From: Naegleria gruberi
Lineage: Eukaryota
Assembly (NCBI GenBank): GCA_000004985.1
Contig: GG738872.1
Direction: 5' to 3' (one strand)
DNA: 64,000 nucleotides
The notes under the pieces are model-generated. The model was not told the DNA's origin, searched no databases, and saw only the letters and a program-made list of their open reading frames with translations. Positions 1-11,266 of this stretch are shown piece after piece; within the stretch, counting starts at the first letter, position 1, and each line of letters starts with the position of its first letter. Position numbers and translations under genes: made by a program.

Positions 1-1266
1 AACTCTCCACATTCCAGCAAGGTTCTACTTGGTATGGAAAGATCTCTACAGCTTGGGATGGCTGTGAGTGTGGAGGTACTCTCAAATTCGTCAGTTCCAA
101 GCTGTCCATTATTATTCTCTCCTGATACATACATTTTTCCAGATTCTCCAAGACAAATATAAAATTGCCAACCTGCTCCAATTGCTGTATTTTACGATTA
201 CATAAAAATGTTAATTAAACAGAAAGTTCAAATAATATATAATAAATGTGAAATTATTAATACTTACCACAAACTGGTTCATTAATGTTTAGCTTGGAAA
301 ATTCATGTGTAATGTATTTTCCTGTTCCCCAAACTTCATTATTTTCTAATTGTACAAGTGTGTGAAATCCTCCACAAACTACATTTCTAATTCTCTGTCC
401 AGAAAATGGAGTTGTGATTTGAGTAAATATTTCAGATCCACCATTATATGCCGTTGAAAGTTGCAAATCTCCATTTGTTCCACATCCAAATAATTGAGTT
501 TCTGTGGCAAGAACAGAGAATTGAGCACCAGTAGAAATACAATCGATTTGACGAGCATCAAAAGGTACGAGTGAAAGAGTTCCATATGAATCACTTCTAC
601 TTCCTATACCTAATTGTCCATTAGAATTCCATCCTATTAAAGTATTATACAATCATTCGGAAGGTCAAAGTTAATCAGCCACATGTTAACATTGTCAACA
701 ATAAATACATCATTTAGATCACCATTAAAACCATAATTTAGATTGATCTACTACTTACCTGTACCATAAATCTTTGATCCACAAATTACAAAACAATGGA
801 CTGCATTTGAATTGGTAACAAATCGATCAATTCTCAAAGAAGAGATATTATTTGGAGCATGCATTTTAAGATAGGTCTTATCAGCAGTCGTATTTTCCCA
901 TCCTGACCAATAAATGTGTCCATGTGCTGTCACAACATAGGTATTAATCTGTGTGCAAAATACATCAACAATCTTATCTCCATATTCAACAAATGATGGA
1001 ATTAAATAGAAGGATGTAAAAGTAGACTCCTTTCCATAGATTTGACCATGTTGATTATGTCCAATACCAAACAATCTTCCATCATTTAGCAATATCATGG
1101 TATGCTCTCTTCCACAAGCAACCTTCTTTACTCTTGACAAGTTCGAAACACTATCGGGTAAAATTGTGATCGGAGAGAAAGTGCTACTCTTATCAACTTT
1201 TTTACATGATTGACGATAATTGTTAGCTCCCGTTGATAATATGTATCCTGAGGCTGAATATCCCAT
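1..1266 (-). CDS. RCC1-like repeat protein, 5' part; the gene continues beyond the window start. Exons on the minus strand: 759..1266, 268..633 and 1..184.
   Basis: Repeated RCC1-type blades are visible (GWNSNGQLGIG, GIGHNQHGQ, ENNNGQLGT, CGGFHT). The start ATG at 1266 follows an AT-rich flank. The first intron (634..758) has a GTAAGT donor and an AATAG acceptor. The second intron (185..267) has a GTAAGT donor and a TACAG acceptor. The frame is preserved across both junctions. Confidence 0.6.
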
Positions 1267-1807
1267 TTTCTCTTTCTCTTGTCTTTATTCTCTCTATATA
1301 ATAATAATTATAATAAATTGATTTAAATTGTCTCTTGTTATTTACAATAAAATTGATCGGAATGTGTAGTGAGTATCAAAATATCATAAAATCCACAATG
1401 TTCTTCTATTCCTACTTTGTTATTGCTCTGTGATCACAAAAGTTTTGCTTTTTTCGCTGTTGATCAAAAACAAATAACAATTCCTATTGTCTGTGTCTTG
1501 TTATTTTTTTCTATTTTTAAACTTGGAGATGGAATTTTCCTAAGTTCGTATGATTACTACTTGGTATTGTTGAATTTAAATTATTAAATAACGTTAACTT
1601 TGAAAAATTAGTAATAATGTATGTTTAACATTCCGATAATTTAGTGTTTCATCTTTCTATCAGGAATATAGAAATCTTGCAATGGTGGCTCCAATCTTTT
1701 TCCGTGTTGCCTGATGATAAGTTTTATTTTAGATTGGATCCACTTTTAATTATTTAAAAAAAAATAGCTTAACACCTCAATCAGTCAATCTCAACCGTTT
1801 CTTGAAA
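1267..1807. promoter_or_regulatory. Divergent intergenic region shared by the RCC1-like gene (minus) and the UvrD-like helicase gene (plus).
   Basis: A 540-bp AT-rich non-coding stretch lies between two divergently oriented start codons (1266 minus, 1808 plus). No ORF or RNA gene was recognised in it. Confidence 0.3.
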
Positions 1808-3778
1808 ATGGAGAGTAAAATACCTCTTCACTACCTTCCCGAGGAAGAGAATGATCAAAGCTTAAGGTATATGAAAACAAGCTCTTCCACTTCTCCACTC
1901 GTCAAGAGGGAACGTGCCACTCCACTCAATGCTGAACACTCTAAAAAGGTCAAATTTATTGTACCCAATCTTTCTAATCCCGATCAATCAAAGGAAACTA
2001 ATGTGAGTATTAAAGTAGATGATGATGATGAGAATGATGTAATTGTCAATGTTGATATGGTTGATGGAAACATGTTGGATAAATATCAACAACGAGTGGT
2101 TGATGCTGATGATTCTTCACTGATGGTTTGTGCTTCACCTGGAAGTGGAAAGACCTTCACCATGACAATGAAAGCAAAGAGAATTATCAATATGGATAAA
2201 AGTGCACGTCTCTTGATTTTGACCTTCTCAAAGGATGCATCTGTTGAGGCAGATAAACGTCTACAAAAGTATGAAGTTCCACACAATTACAATGTCATGA
2301 CTATTCATGCATTTGCATTGAGTGTCTGCAGAATGTTTGGAACCAAAACACAAATTGCAAAGAGGGACTTTCTTTTGGAAAAGTTAAAGGAAAAGAAGAA
2401 GGAAATGAAATGGAAATTTGGAGAATTCAAAGAGGAACATGAATTATTGAAATGGCTGGAAAAGGAATATGGAAAGGGAAATCGTTCTGATTCTGGCTAT
2501 GGATCATTCTATAAGGAAGCATTTGAGTATTATGAGAGTATTATTAAGGATTTCCTTGTACTACCTTCATTGGTTTATGAAGCAGAAAAGATATTGAAGG
2601 AAAATGAAAGAGCTAGAGAATTCTATCATACTCATTTCACTCATATTTTGGTGGATGAGTTCCAGGACACCTCAGATCATCAGTACAATCTAATTAATTT
2701 AGTGAAAGGGCCAAATACTAAGATAATTGTCTTTGGTGATAAGAACCAGGCAATTTATGGTTTTATTGGATCCAATCCAAAGATTTTCGACAAGTTTCAA
2801 CACGATTATCCAAGTGCTAGGGTTTTGGAGCTGTTGATAAATTATAGAAGTAGTAGTGAGATTGTGGATATTGCTAACAAATTCTTCAATACGAAAGCTA
2901 AGGCTTTCAATACAGAGAGCAAGGGTGGAGCAATTCGAAAGGAGAGATGTTCTGGTGAAGGAGATGAGCTAGATTTTATAGTGAAAGAAATTTCCAAACT
3001 CTTGGAAGAAGGAGTACAACATAAGGATATTGCTGTACTATTGAGAAGACAACGACTTCGATTTGAGCTCATGAAGAGAATGAACGAAAAGAGAATCAAA
3101 ATTGCAGGAGAGACACTATTCCATTACTTGGCAGTTGCTCAAATGTTGAAAATTATTTATTGTAAATATGAAGATAAGGCTGATATGAAAGATTGCTTGC
3201 CAATTATTGTAGAACATTTGAAACCATTCTTTGCTGGAATAGGTGACAAGTTTTGCGCACGTTTCATATCAGGAAAACTAGGAAAGAAAACTATTGCGGG
3301 AAAGACATTTGAAGTTTTCATGGATAACATGAAAGAATTGAGGGAATTCTACGAAACCCATAAGGTGGTAAAGGATTTACTTGAAAAGATTTGTCAATTA
3401 TTTGATTTGGATAAGGTGGATATTTCTCTCAATTTCACAGATATTTTAGATCAAGAATTATCTGATGAGAATATTACACAATTCATAGAAATGATGTCAT
3501 TTGAGGAGAATACTAGTTTGGAATCAGACGGTATCCAAGTCACAACCATCCACAAGGCCAAAGGCAGAGAATGGGAATATGTATTTATTCCAGAAATACA
3601 AGAAGGTGTTATTCCACTAAAAATTAAAGCAACAAAGAATAAGGAAAAACCATCAGAAATTGTAGATATGAGCGAGGAGGAAAGAATATTCTATGTTGCC
3701 TTAACAAGAGCCAAGAAGAGCATTTACTTGTCGTGCAATACAGGAGCATTCTCTCACTTTCTCAATAGACTTAAATAA
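1808..3778 (+). CDS. UvrD/Rep/PcrA-family superfamily-1 DNA helicase, single exon, about 656 aa.
   Basis: All SF1 helicase motifs are in order: I ASPGSGKT (Walker A), Ia ILTFS, II VDEFQDTS, III GDKNQAIYGF, IV NYRSS, V TTIHKAKGREWEYVFI, VI FYVALTRAKKS. The track start at 1802 is a TTG; the first ATG is at 1808. There is an N-terminal acidic low-complexity leader. Stop is TAA at 3776-3778. Confidence 0.8.
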   Translation: MESKIPLHYLPEEENDQSLRYMKTSSSTSPLVKRERATPLNAEHSKKVKFIVPNLSNPDQSKETNVSIKVDDDDENDVIVNVDMVDGNMLDKYQQRVVDADDSSLMVCASPGSGKTFTMTMKAKRIINMDKSARLLILTFSKDASVEADKRLQKYEVPHNYNVMTIHAFALSVCRMFGTKTQIAKRDFLLEKLKEKKKEMKWKFGEFKEEHELLKWLEKEYGKGNRSDSGYGSFYKEAFEYYESIIKDFLVLPSLVYEAEKILKENERAREFYHTHFTHILVDEFQDTSDHQYNLINLVKGPNTKIIVFGDKNQAIYGFIGSNPKIFDKFQHDYPSARVLELLINYRSSSEIVDIANKFFNTKAKAFNTESKGGAIRKERCSGEGDELDFIVKEISKLLEEGVQHKDIAVLLRRQRLRFELMKRMNEKRIKIAGETLFHYLAVAQMLKIIYCKYEDKADMKDCLPIIVEHLKPFFAGIGDKFCARFISGKLGKKTIAGKTFEVFMDNMKELREFYETHKVVKDLLEKICQLFDLDKVDISLNFTDILDQELSDENITQFIEMMSFEENTSLESDGIQVTTIHKAKGREWEYVFIPEIQEGVIPLKIKATKNKEKPSEIVDMSEEERIFYVALTRAKKSIYLSCNTGAFSHFLNRLK

Positions 3779-3799
3779 GGCTTTGTGTTTGAACTGTGT

Positions 3800-5748
3800 T
3801 TACAAATATCTTTTAAATCTGCTCTTCATCGCACAACATCTTAGAGTGGTTTGGGATGGTAGTCCATAAATTATACTCTTAAATTCTTGAATGTTTCCTT
3901 TGAAAAGCAGTTTCAAATGAGAGAGAATATATTTGGCTCCAGTTTTCGTAAACTTACTGGAACAAACAGTGAGACTATTCAAATACTTCATAGTGGGATT
4001 CAAAACTATCCATCCAAGTGTGAAATCTGTCAATTTGTTATTCCTTCCAATATTTAGACGAGTTAATTGTATGAAATTACATGAGCAAATGTGTGAAATT
4101 CCAATATCTGTTATGCTGTAATTACAAACTCCCAAATATTTGAGGTTGAGAGTCTTATTTTCCAAAGATGCAAGACTCTTATCGCTAATATTGTTACCAT
4201 TCAAATTTAAATGCTCCAGTTTAGCAAAGAAAGGGCATTGTACCAGAAATATCAATCCATTATCAATATTATTTTTAGCTAAATTGAGAGAAGTGAGATT
4301 ATTCAAATTTTCACAATTCTCAAATGCAACCATATCCCTATCATATAATCTGCAACTAGAGAGACACAACTCTCTCAAAGAATACATACTCGGATTTCTT
4401 GTAATACAGCGAATATCAAAATGAGTTAAATTTAAATACAAAGTGTTCAAATTTTCCATATATTCACTCTGGAGCATTTCTATTGCATTTTCACCAGAAC
4501 TGAAATGAATTTTCCTCAAGCTTTTCATTTTCTTGTTTGGAATTAATTTTTGGTTGAATGTGGATTTCAGATTTGTGAGATTAGTCAAGTATGGACTTTC
4601 GAATAGAGGATTTAAATCTTTCACTTGTCCTAAATCTAGATCTGTCAAACAAGAAAGGCCTTCACAGTTGGCTATAGATTCACTAATATCTTCTGAATTG
4701 ACGTTAAGTGAGAGAGTCCTCAATTTTTTCAATTTAAACAATTTACAATCAAATAAAACCTTTGAATCTATTGCAATATCAAAAATAAAACCTATGTTTA
4801 AAAGGGTTAGATTCATTAAACAAGAGCTATGGAAAATATGTTTCATCCCAGGATAACCAATTCCTGATCCACTTATGTTCAAACTCTCTAAATTGGAAAG
4901 ATGTGGACAATTTGCTATCAATGCAGCATCGTTAAAATCTAAAGCACAACTTTTCAAATTTAGAATTTTCAGATTTCTAATTGTGGGATTAAGAATGGAT
5001 TCAAGACGTTCTGGTGAAGCCAAGCATCCTTGGAGGTTAAGTTCAGTTAAATTTTTGCAATTAATAGAATAATAGTAGATTTCTATTGGTGATTCATAAA
5101 TAAATCTATTTCTGAAATTGACTTTTCTTAAATTGGGTAACGCTCCAATCACAGCAAGTATGTAGTAATCAGTTTCATCATAGCAATTGGATTGAAAAGC
5201 TCTAATATCCAATTCTAATAGATGTTTTAAATTTTGAGAACATGATCGAATAGATTCTGAGTTTACATGGGTTCCTCGCAGATTTAAAACTTTCAAATTT
5301 CTAACTATTTCACTCTCCAATAGGACATCAATACTTCTCTCGTCAATGCATAATTATTCCTCAAATTTAAATGTTCCAAATTAGTCAAAGTCTTACATTG
5401 GGAAAGTATTATCAATTGCTCATCTCTTAATGCATTGAATGCCAGACTTAGTTGAGTAATATTTCTAGGAACATTCGAAGCATTGAAGAAACTTTCAAAA
5501 TACCTTGGATGTATCTTTTTAATGGAAAAATCAAGTTTCATCCGAAATAAACAACTGGCATAAAACCAAGTCTTGGAAATTAAACAATAACTTGACAATA
5601 TTTCCAAATGATCATTACAATATTCCATAATTTCTATCATCATATCTTGTACTAATGCATCACCAAAGTAATTGTTCCAAATAAAATTGTCTTTTATCGG
5701 AGTATCGTTAGAAGAAGGTTGAATCTTGTGTTGCCTTGGTGAAATCAT
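3800..5748 (-). CDS. F-box / leucine-rich-repeat protein (FBXL-like). Two ORFs (5305..5748 F-box plus first LRRs; 3800..5320 LRR array) are joined by a frame discontinuity near 5300..5320.
   Basis: The N-terminal ORF has an F-box-like helix-loop (IEIMEYCNDHLEILSSYCLISKTWF) followed by LRRs (LTNLEHLNLRNNYALT). The downstream ORF is about 500 aa of LxxLxLxxN/C LRR repeats. A real ATG is at 5748. The frames overlap by about 50 nt with no acceptable intron. It is either an indel in the draft sequence or a pseudogene. Confidence 0.55.
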
Positions 5749-5805
5749 TTTTTTTGAAGCATTTCAGAAAATCTTCTGACTCCGAATGCATATGGATATC
5801 AACAT

Positions 5806-6195
5806 CTAGAGACGTTCATTGTGATATCCATCATGAACCTGTAGTCTTTCCTTTCTTGCCTTATTAAACAGCACTACAGAAACAATTAACAATATCAAAG
5901 CGCCAAATAGTGAAATACCTGTCAAAACAATGTAAATTTGCTGAGCTTCCGAATAGATCCAATACGAAACAAACAAATGATCAACATGATTAGAATAACA
6001 AGTAGTATTAGTACCAACTTGGTATCCATAATATTCAGATAGTTCTGTAAATGGAAAGGTCGTTCTGGTCAACTCTTTAGGACACGATTTAAATTGATTC
6101 GAATCCAAACAAACCAATGCACTACAATGCTTTCTCATCTTTTTCGAATAGCTAGTTTCACATAATGTTTTCGGCTCAATCACTGTACAATTCAT
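5806..6195 (-). CDS. Small cysteine-rich single-pass membrane protein (hypothetical).
   Basis: The ORF has a C-terminal hydrophobic helix (IVLTGISLFGALILLIVSVVLF) and a basic tail. The first in-frame ATG is at 6195 (the track start at 6237 is TTG). No recognisable domain. A missing upstream exon carrying a signal peptide is possible. Confidence 0.3.
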   Translation of the reverse strand: MNCTVIEPKTLCETSYSKKMRKHCSALVCLDSNQFKSCPKELTRTTFPFTELSEYYGYQVGTNTTCYSNHVDHLFVSYWIYSEAQQIYIVLTGISLFGALILLIVSVVLFNKARKERLQVHDGYHNERL

Positions 6196-6645
6196 AGAAA
6201 TATCATAAATATTCTCATCTTGTGTTCTAATTATCAAATTATTTCATTTCCCATTCATTTACAATCATCATCACGTGATGATTTTTTAATTATTATTACA
6301 TTAATTGCGATGATGAACCTTACTTCACTATTAAATTATCTACTCACACTCCATACAAAACTCCAAATAAAACACTCAACCCCAAACTCACTACAAAACA
6401 CAACAAGGCAAAACCAGCAAGAAATATCAACAAGTGTAAGGGTTTCATTTTTTTTAAAAAGATTTCAAAGTTCATCCAAATAATTTTTACTATATTTAAA
6501 TGATGAGAATTGAATTAACTTCTTCAATCTCGATCATTTATGTAAGGTTACAAGAGAGGAAATCTTTACATTCTTTAAACCTCCATTTCCACATTTGCTT
6601 TAAGAATCTTTAAAAAAAATTTACAATAAAAAATAATTAAAAAAA

Positions 6646-7607
6646 ATGGGCGGCAATCAATCGACTAGCGAATCAAAGGAACCAATTGCTGAATTGAGTG
6701 CCGACTATCAAGAGTTGGATCTATCGACATTCAAGTTGAATATTGTCAAGACAAATACAAGCTCCGAGCTTACGATAGGAAATCGTCGAATGATTATACT
6801 TGATGGATTGGATAAAAAGTTTGAATTTACTGAAGAGTCGGGGAATGTACATCGTATACATCATGTAATGTTTGGTAGTGATGATGAGAAGAAGGAGGCC
6901 ATTTTGGTCTTGTTGAATATGATGAATTCGTTAAAGTTTTTCCAAATGCAAAACAAGGCTGGGAAATCGTTTAATACTAGGTAGGTTTTGATGGATGAAT
7001 TGTTGTTGAATTTATCATATTGATCAATTACTTTTATAATTCTTTATATTACAATATTTATCGTGATGAAATATTTGCCGGATTTTTGATTGATGTGTAA
7101 AGTGGTTCTGATGCTGGAACAACAATCACACTTCAAAACGGAAAGAAACGAGTGGAGGTCAAAATGACAGAAAGAACCGCCTTGAAAAACAAAGCTCATG
7201 AACCAAACTTTAAACAAATTGAAGAACAAGCCGAAAGATGGATCAGCAGTCAAATTAGCAAAAAGTCACAATTTCGCTCTGTAACTGTGACATTTTCTGC
7301 TGCCTTGATCAAGTACTTTTTGGATGAATTGGATAGTGGCTTGCAACTCATGTATACATTGCCAAACACTCGTGTAAATTTAAAGACTTGTATTTTAACA
7401 TCATCGACCAATATTGCGGAAACAAAAGTGGAAAATTTAACACTTCCAAACTGTGAAGTAATTTTAAGTGTTGGAAAATATTCAATGGTCTCATTTGGAG
7501 ATGATTCTGGTAAATTGACTGCTCCACAAGCTGTCAACTTGACTGGTGTTTCTAGTTTTTCTTTGGATATTTCTAGTGACAAGAAGAGTCTTGTAGTTAA
7601 CCTTTAA
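6646..7607 (+). CDS. Hypothetical protein with an N-myristoylation-type N-terminus. Two exons: 6646..6980 and 7103..7607.
   Basis: The ATG at 6646 gives MGGNQST (Gly2, Ser6 myristoylation consensus). The intron at 6981..7102 runs from a GTAGGT donor to an AAAG acceptor. Phase-2 continuity gives ...SFNT|SGSDAGTT.... Stop is TAA at 7605-7607. Confidence 0.5.
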
Positions 7608-7627
7608 TATGTACATTAAATTAGATT

Positions 7628-9405
7628 TTACTGAAAACAGCACGGTATTTTACGTTTACGTGGATTGGAACCACCCATGTGGGAATCTAGACATTTAATC
7701 ACATCCTTGTAAAGAGATTCGCTTGTAAAGTTGGTTGCTTCGTTTCGTTTCTTCTTGGCATAGTCGAGTGCCGTCTCACCAACATGATCTTTACATAATT
7801 TATCAGCTCCTGATTTTAGTAACAATGAAACAATATCTGGATGTCCTCTAAAAGCAGCTTCATGGAGTGGTGTTTGTTTGTACTGTCATTAATTATGGAA
7901 AGATAAAATGGATAATGAAATAAGGCTAAATTGGAATATTTGAAATAACTTACATCATTGAGGGCATCCACAGAGGCTTCTTTTGATAATAGATATTCAA
8001 CCAATTTCAAACTACCATTCCAACAAGCATAGTGAAGAGCTGTCTGACCATAACCCACCAAATCTTTAGTATTTACATTCAAATTCTTATCTTCGATATA
8101 TGACTTGACACTATCGAGATCAGATTCTTGACATGCCACAAAGAATTCATGGGCAATCTCTGCACTGACATCAATTCTCTTCAGTTTTTCAACCCAGCTT
8201 TGAGCCATGAATGATGTATTTGTTTGAGTTGGTGGAACATTTGCGTTTGGAAGGTATGGCTGTTTGTTGAAGGAGGTGTTTTGATTTTGGGAGGAAGACA
8301 AGATGATATCATTAAGGAAGCTATCTTCTTCATCTTCTGCTGGTGGTAATTGCTCTTTTGGAATTGGTTCAGCAATAGTTGAAGTGTTCAATTTGAATGA
8401 GGACAATTTTTCAAAAATTACTGACATGGCAGCTGACGCATTTCCTCTATCATCTGATAACATCTTTTTCTTATCACTTGTAAGTTCAAATTGATCCACA
8501 TAATCAGAATCTCCTCTCAATCGATTAGTGGCTGGTGAAAGTAGCTTTTCAACACCAGTTACTAGATTAGAGAATCGTTCTTGAATCTTCTTTGAGCTCT
8601 TCACATCCACCAATTCTACCTCCTGCAAGGAATCCTCTCTCTCAAAGACATACTCTTCCACTATATCTGTTTTAGATTTTGATGGTTTTGGAGTTTCTGA
8701 TGGAATTGTCTTGGAAATTGTGACACTGAAATTGTTGCTGGATGGTTGAATTTCTTCCTTACTTGTAGGTTTTACATCTTCATAATCCTGAATAACCTCT
8801 TCAGGAACAATAATTTCAGGAATATGAGAGAAAGGATCATCATATTCATCCTCTTCATCTACTATTCGCATCATTTTGTTCCTCTTATTCTTTTTAATTG
8901 AAACCTTTTCATTCACATCAATTCTTTCTCCTTGTTGTTGAAATAAAACCTTCTCATCATCATTCATCGAATCATTCATAGATTCGGATTCAATTACTCC
9001 CATTGCCGATTCATTTTCCTCCTTAGTAATTGGTGAAATTGGTCTTTCATTGTAGAATATTGTTCGATCCACCTCAATTTTCTCATCCACTTCCGATGAT
9101 GAAGTTGCATTCGATTCAAGTAATTCAAGTGAATTGCTATTCTTTCTATCATTCCTATCATTCACATCTTCATCAGCATTTTCCTTATCCCATATCGAAT
9201 CATTATTTGAGGAGGAAATAATAGGAGTCAGTGGTTGATCAAAGTCTGCAAAACGAATCGGACGTTGAGCATTACCACTACTTTCTGGTGTTTGAGGGAG
9301 AAAAACTAATTGAGGCGATGAATAATCATCTTGATAAATAATCTTATTCGGAGGAGGTGATTGAAACGGTAATTTTCTCCCATTATTGTTATGTTGCTTA
9401 TCCAT
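7628..9405 (-). CDS. Ankyrin-repeat protein with a long low-complexity acidic/Ser-rich N-terminal region. Exons: 7954..9405 and 7628..7882.
   Basis: The C-terminal exons carry ankyrin repeats (GQTALHYACWNGSLKLVEYLLSKEASVDALND | YKQTPLHEAAFRGHPDIVSLLLKSGADKLCKDHVGETALDYA). The intron at 7883..7953 runs from a GTAAGT donor to an AATGACAG acceptor, phase 0. ATG is at 9405. Confidence 0.65.
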
Positions 9406-9805
9406 CTTCTATTACTATTATTATTCTAGTAATACTACTATTACGACTAATTAAAATTCTTCTTATTAAAATATCAAAAAACCTTCTTCTTGTTGTATTT
9501 CCTTTATTCTTCACAAAGGACAATGTAACGTTCTTTTTTTCAACTTGGGAGCGATTTAATTTTGTTACCTTATTCCAACGGTTGGTTTCTTCCTTATTTG
9601 AAAAATTGGCGCGCCTTTTGTGTAGAATGGCTTGGTGTAGTAGCAATACCAATTTCAAATTGGTATTTTTATAGGAATGAGTACTTTGAGGGATTTCCTT
9701 TGCGAGGTGTTCTTCCTTCTTAACTGGAATCTCATTCTTTGGTAAATAACTTAATGGAATGAAATGGAAATCAGTGATTTTCAAAAGATATAATTTTCCA
9801 ATTTT

Positions 9806-11225
9806 TCAAACAAACCAATAACTGATTGAAAAACTAATCGATAGAGATTGAACATAGTGCCAATATAGTTTGGGAATGAATAACATGTCGCCCTCGCACA
9901 AGGTGCAATCCCAATAATGTGTTGCTTTTGAAATCAATGGGAATTTCTCATTCAAGATCTTTCTTTCCTCTTCCTCAAATTGTAACAAGTGTAAATTATC
10001 AATTTCACTTGTGTTGGCTTGAAGTATTCCGGATTGTCTCTTATAGAGATGAGGTGTTTCGTCTGGGTGGTAAATTCTCACAAATTTGTGGCCAACCAGT
10101 TGAACTAGAATATTATCGCATGGATCTGTATGAAGTGGTGAGATGGTTCCTTTCGGTCCATACCAAGCATTGACTCCAGACATTTCACCCAACTCTCCCA
10201 ACATGCAATATATTGGTTCCTGAATATCTTTACGAAGTGAATGAATTTGTTCAAAGAGAGGATGCTGAGCAAGGTAGCCAATTTGAGTATTTCCCTCCAT
10301 GACGTACTCTTTCACATATTGGTGGAATGGCATGATTTTTTGAGACCAATCCTCAGAGGTATAGTATTGTCCAATTTCTACTGGAACGGCTCGGTAAGCT
10401 GCCTTTTCCAATAGATAATTAACATCACTCCATTTTCTGTAAGCTTCCCAATTTTTGGAGGCATTCTTGAGGAGGCATGGAGTATGTGTATTGAAATATT
10501 TCTTTTTGAAATCCATCAGAGAGATTGCATTGGCATCTTCAATTGGAATGGCATGTGAAGGATTTGAAACAAGAGAATTTCTCAAATCATTGCTGCAATG
10601 TTCTTGTGAAAGTTTTGGTTTTTTCAAATCATTTTCTGCATCCCTATCTGAAAGTGATGGAATTCCAAATTTCCTAACAATGATTGAATGAACACTATCT
10701 GCAACCTGATGTAAATATTCTCGGTAGGTATTATCTCCCATCATTAGTCCTTCATCACACTTCCGCAGAACTAACATCCACTCAGAAATTGTCCAGCAAT
10801 TAGTTGTGTGATAATTTTAATTTAATACATGAGTAGAGCAAGCACATGAGTCCGTGTAGGCTTCTCCATTCCTGACAAACATCTGACCAATGTCCTGTAT
10901 GTAGTTGTGTCCACGATATTTCCAACATTTCATCAATTTCCTTTTCCAATAATTGATAATTCAAGGCATTGATATTTTCCTTCTCTTTCACAGAATGATA
11001 ATCCGTCAAATGATGATACAAAATTTCCATTAGAGCATGAATACTTCTACAGTGGGGAATAATCTTTTGTTTAATTTCCGATATATTAAATAGCGAATAT
11101 TCCTCATCATCATATTCATCTTTCTTTACAAACTTTTCCAAGATTTGATCCACAACTAGAAAGACTCTCCCTTCTTCTTCATATTGCATTTTTTTTAATA
11201 GTCCAGATTCAGAGAACCAGTACAT
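9806..11225 (-). CDS. JmjC-domain protein, JMJD5/KDM8-like 2-oxoglutarate/Fe(II) hydroxylase. Exons: 10829..11225 and 9806..10770.
   Basis: The JmjC core WYGPKGTISPLHTDPCDNILVQLVGHKFVRIYHPDE (HxD ... H metal ligands) closely parallels the JMJD5 core. The intron at 10771..10828 (58 nt) runs from a GTATTA donor to a TTAG acceptor, and phase-1 continuity gives ...LLYS|FLRKCDEG.... ATG is at 11225. Confidence 0.7.
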
Positions 11226-11266
11226 TGATTAATTGCTACTATTAAAGTTTTATTCTCGATCCGTAT

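Noticed and set aside
2086-3099. Minus-strand ORFs 2086..2286 and 2842..3099 inside the helicase gene.
   Set aside because: They are antisense to a strongly supported motif-bearing CDS, have low-complexity translations and have no start context.
3933-5072. Plus-strand ORFs (3933, 4140, 4533, 4875) antisense to the LRR gene.
   Set aside because: They are antisense-frame artefacts of the LRR coding region. Their Leu/Phe/Lys-rich translations have no domains.
9357-9784. ORFs 9357..9674 (+) and 9398..9784 (-) next to the ankyrin gene start.
   Set aside because: They lie in the AT-rich 5' flank or overlap the true start. Their translations are Ile/Leu/Lys low-complexity sequence. The ankyrin gene's ATG at 9405 has a clear continuous frame.
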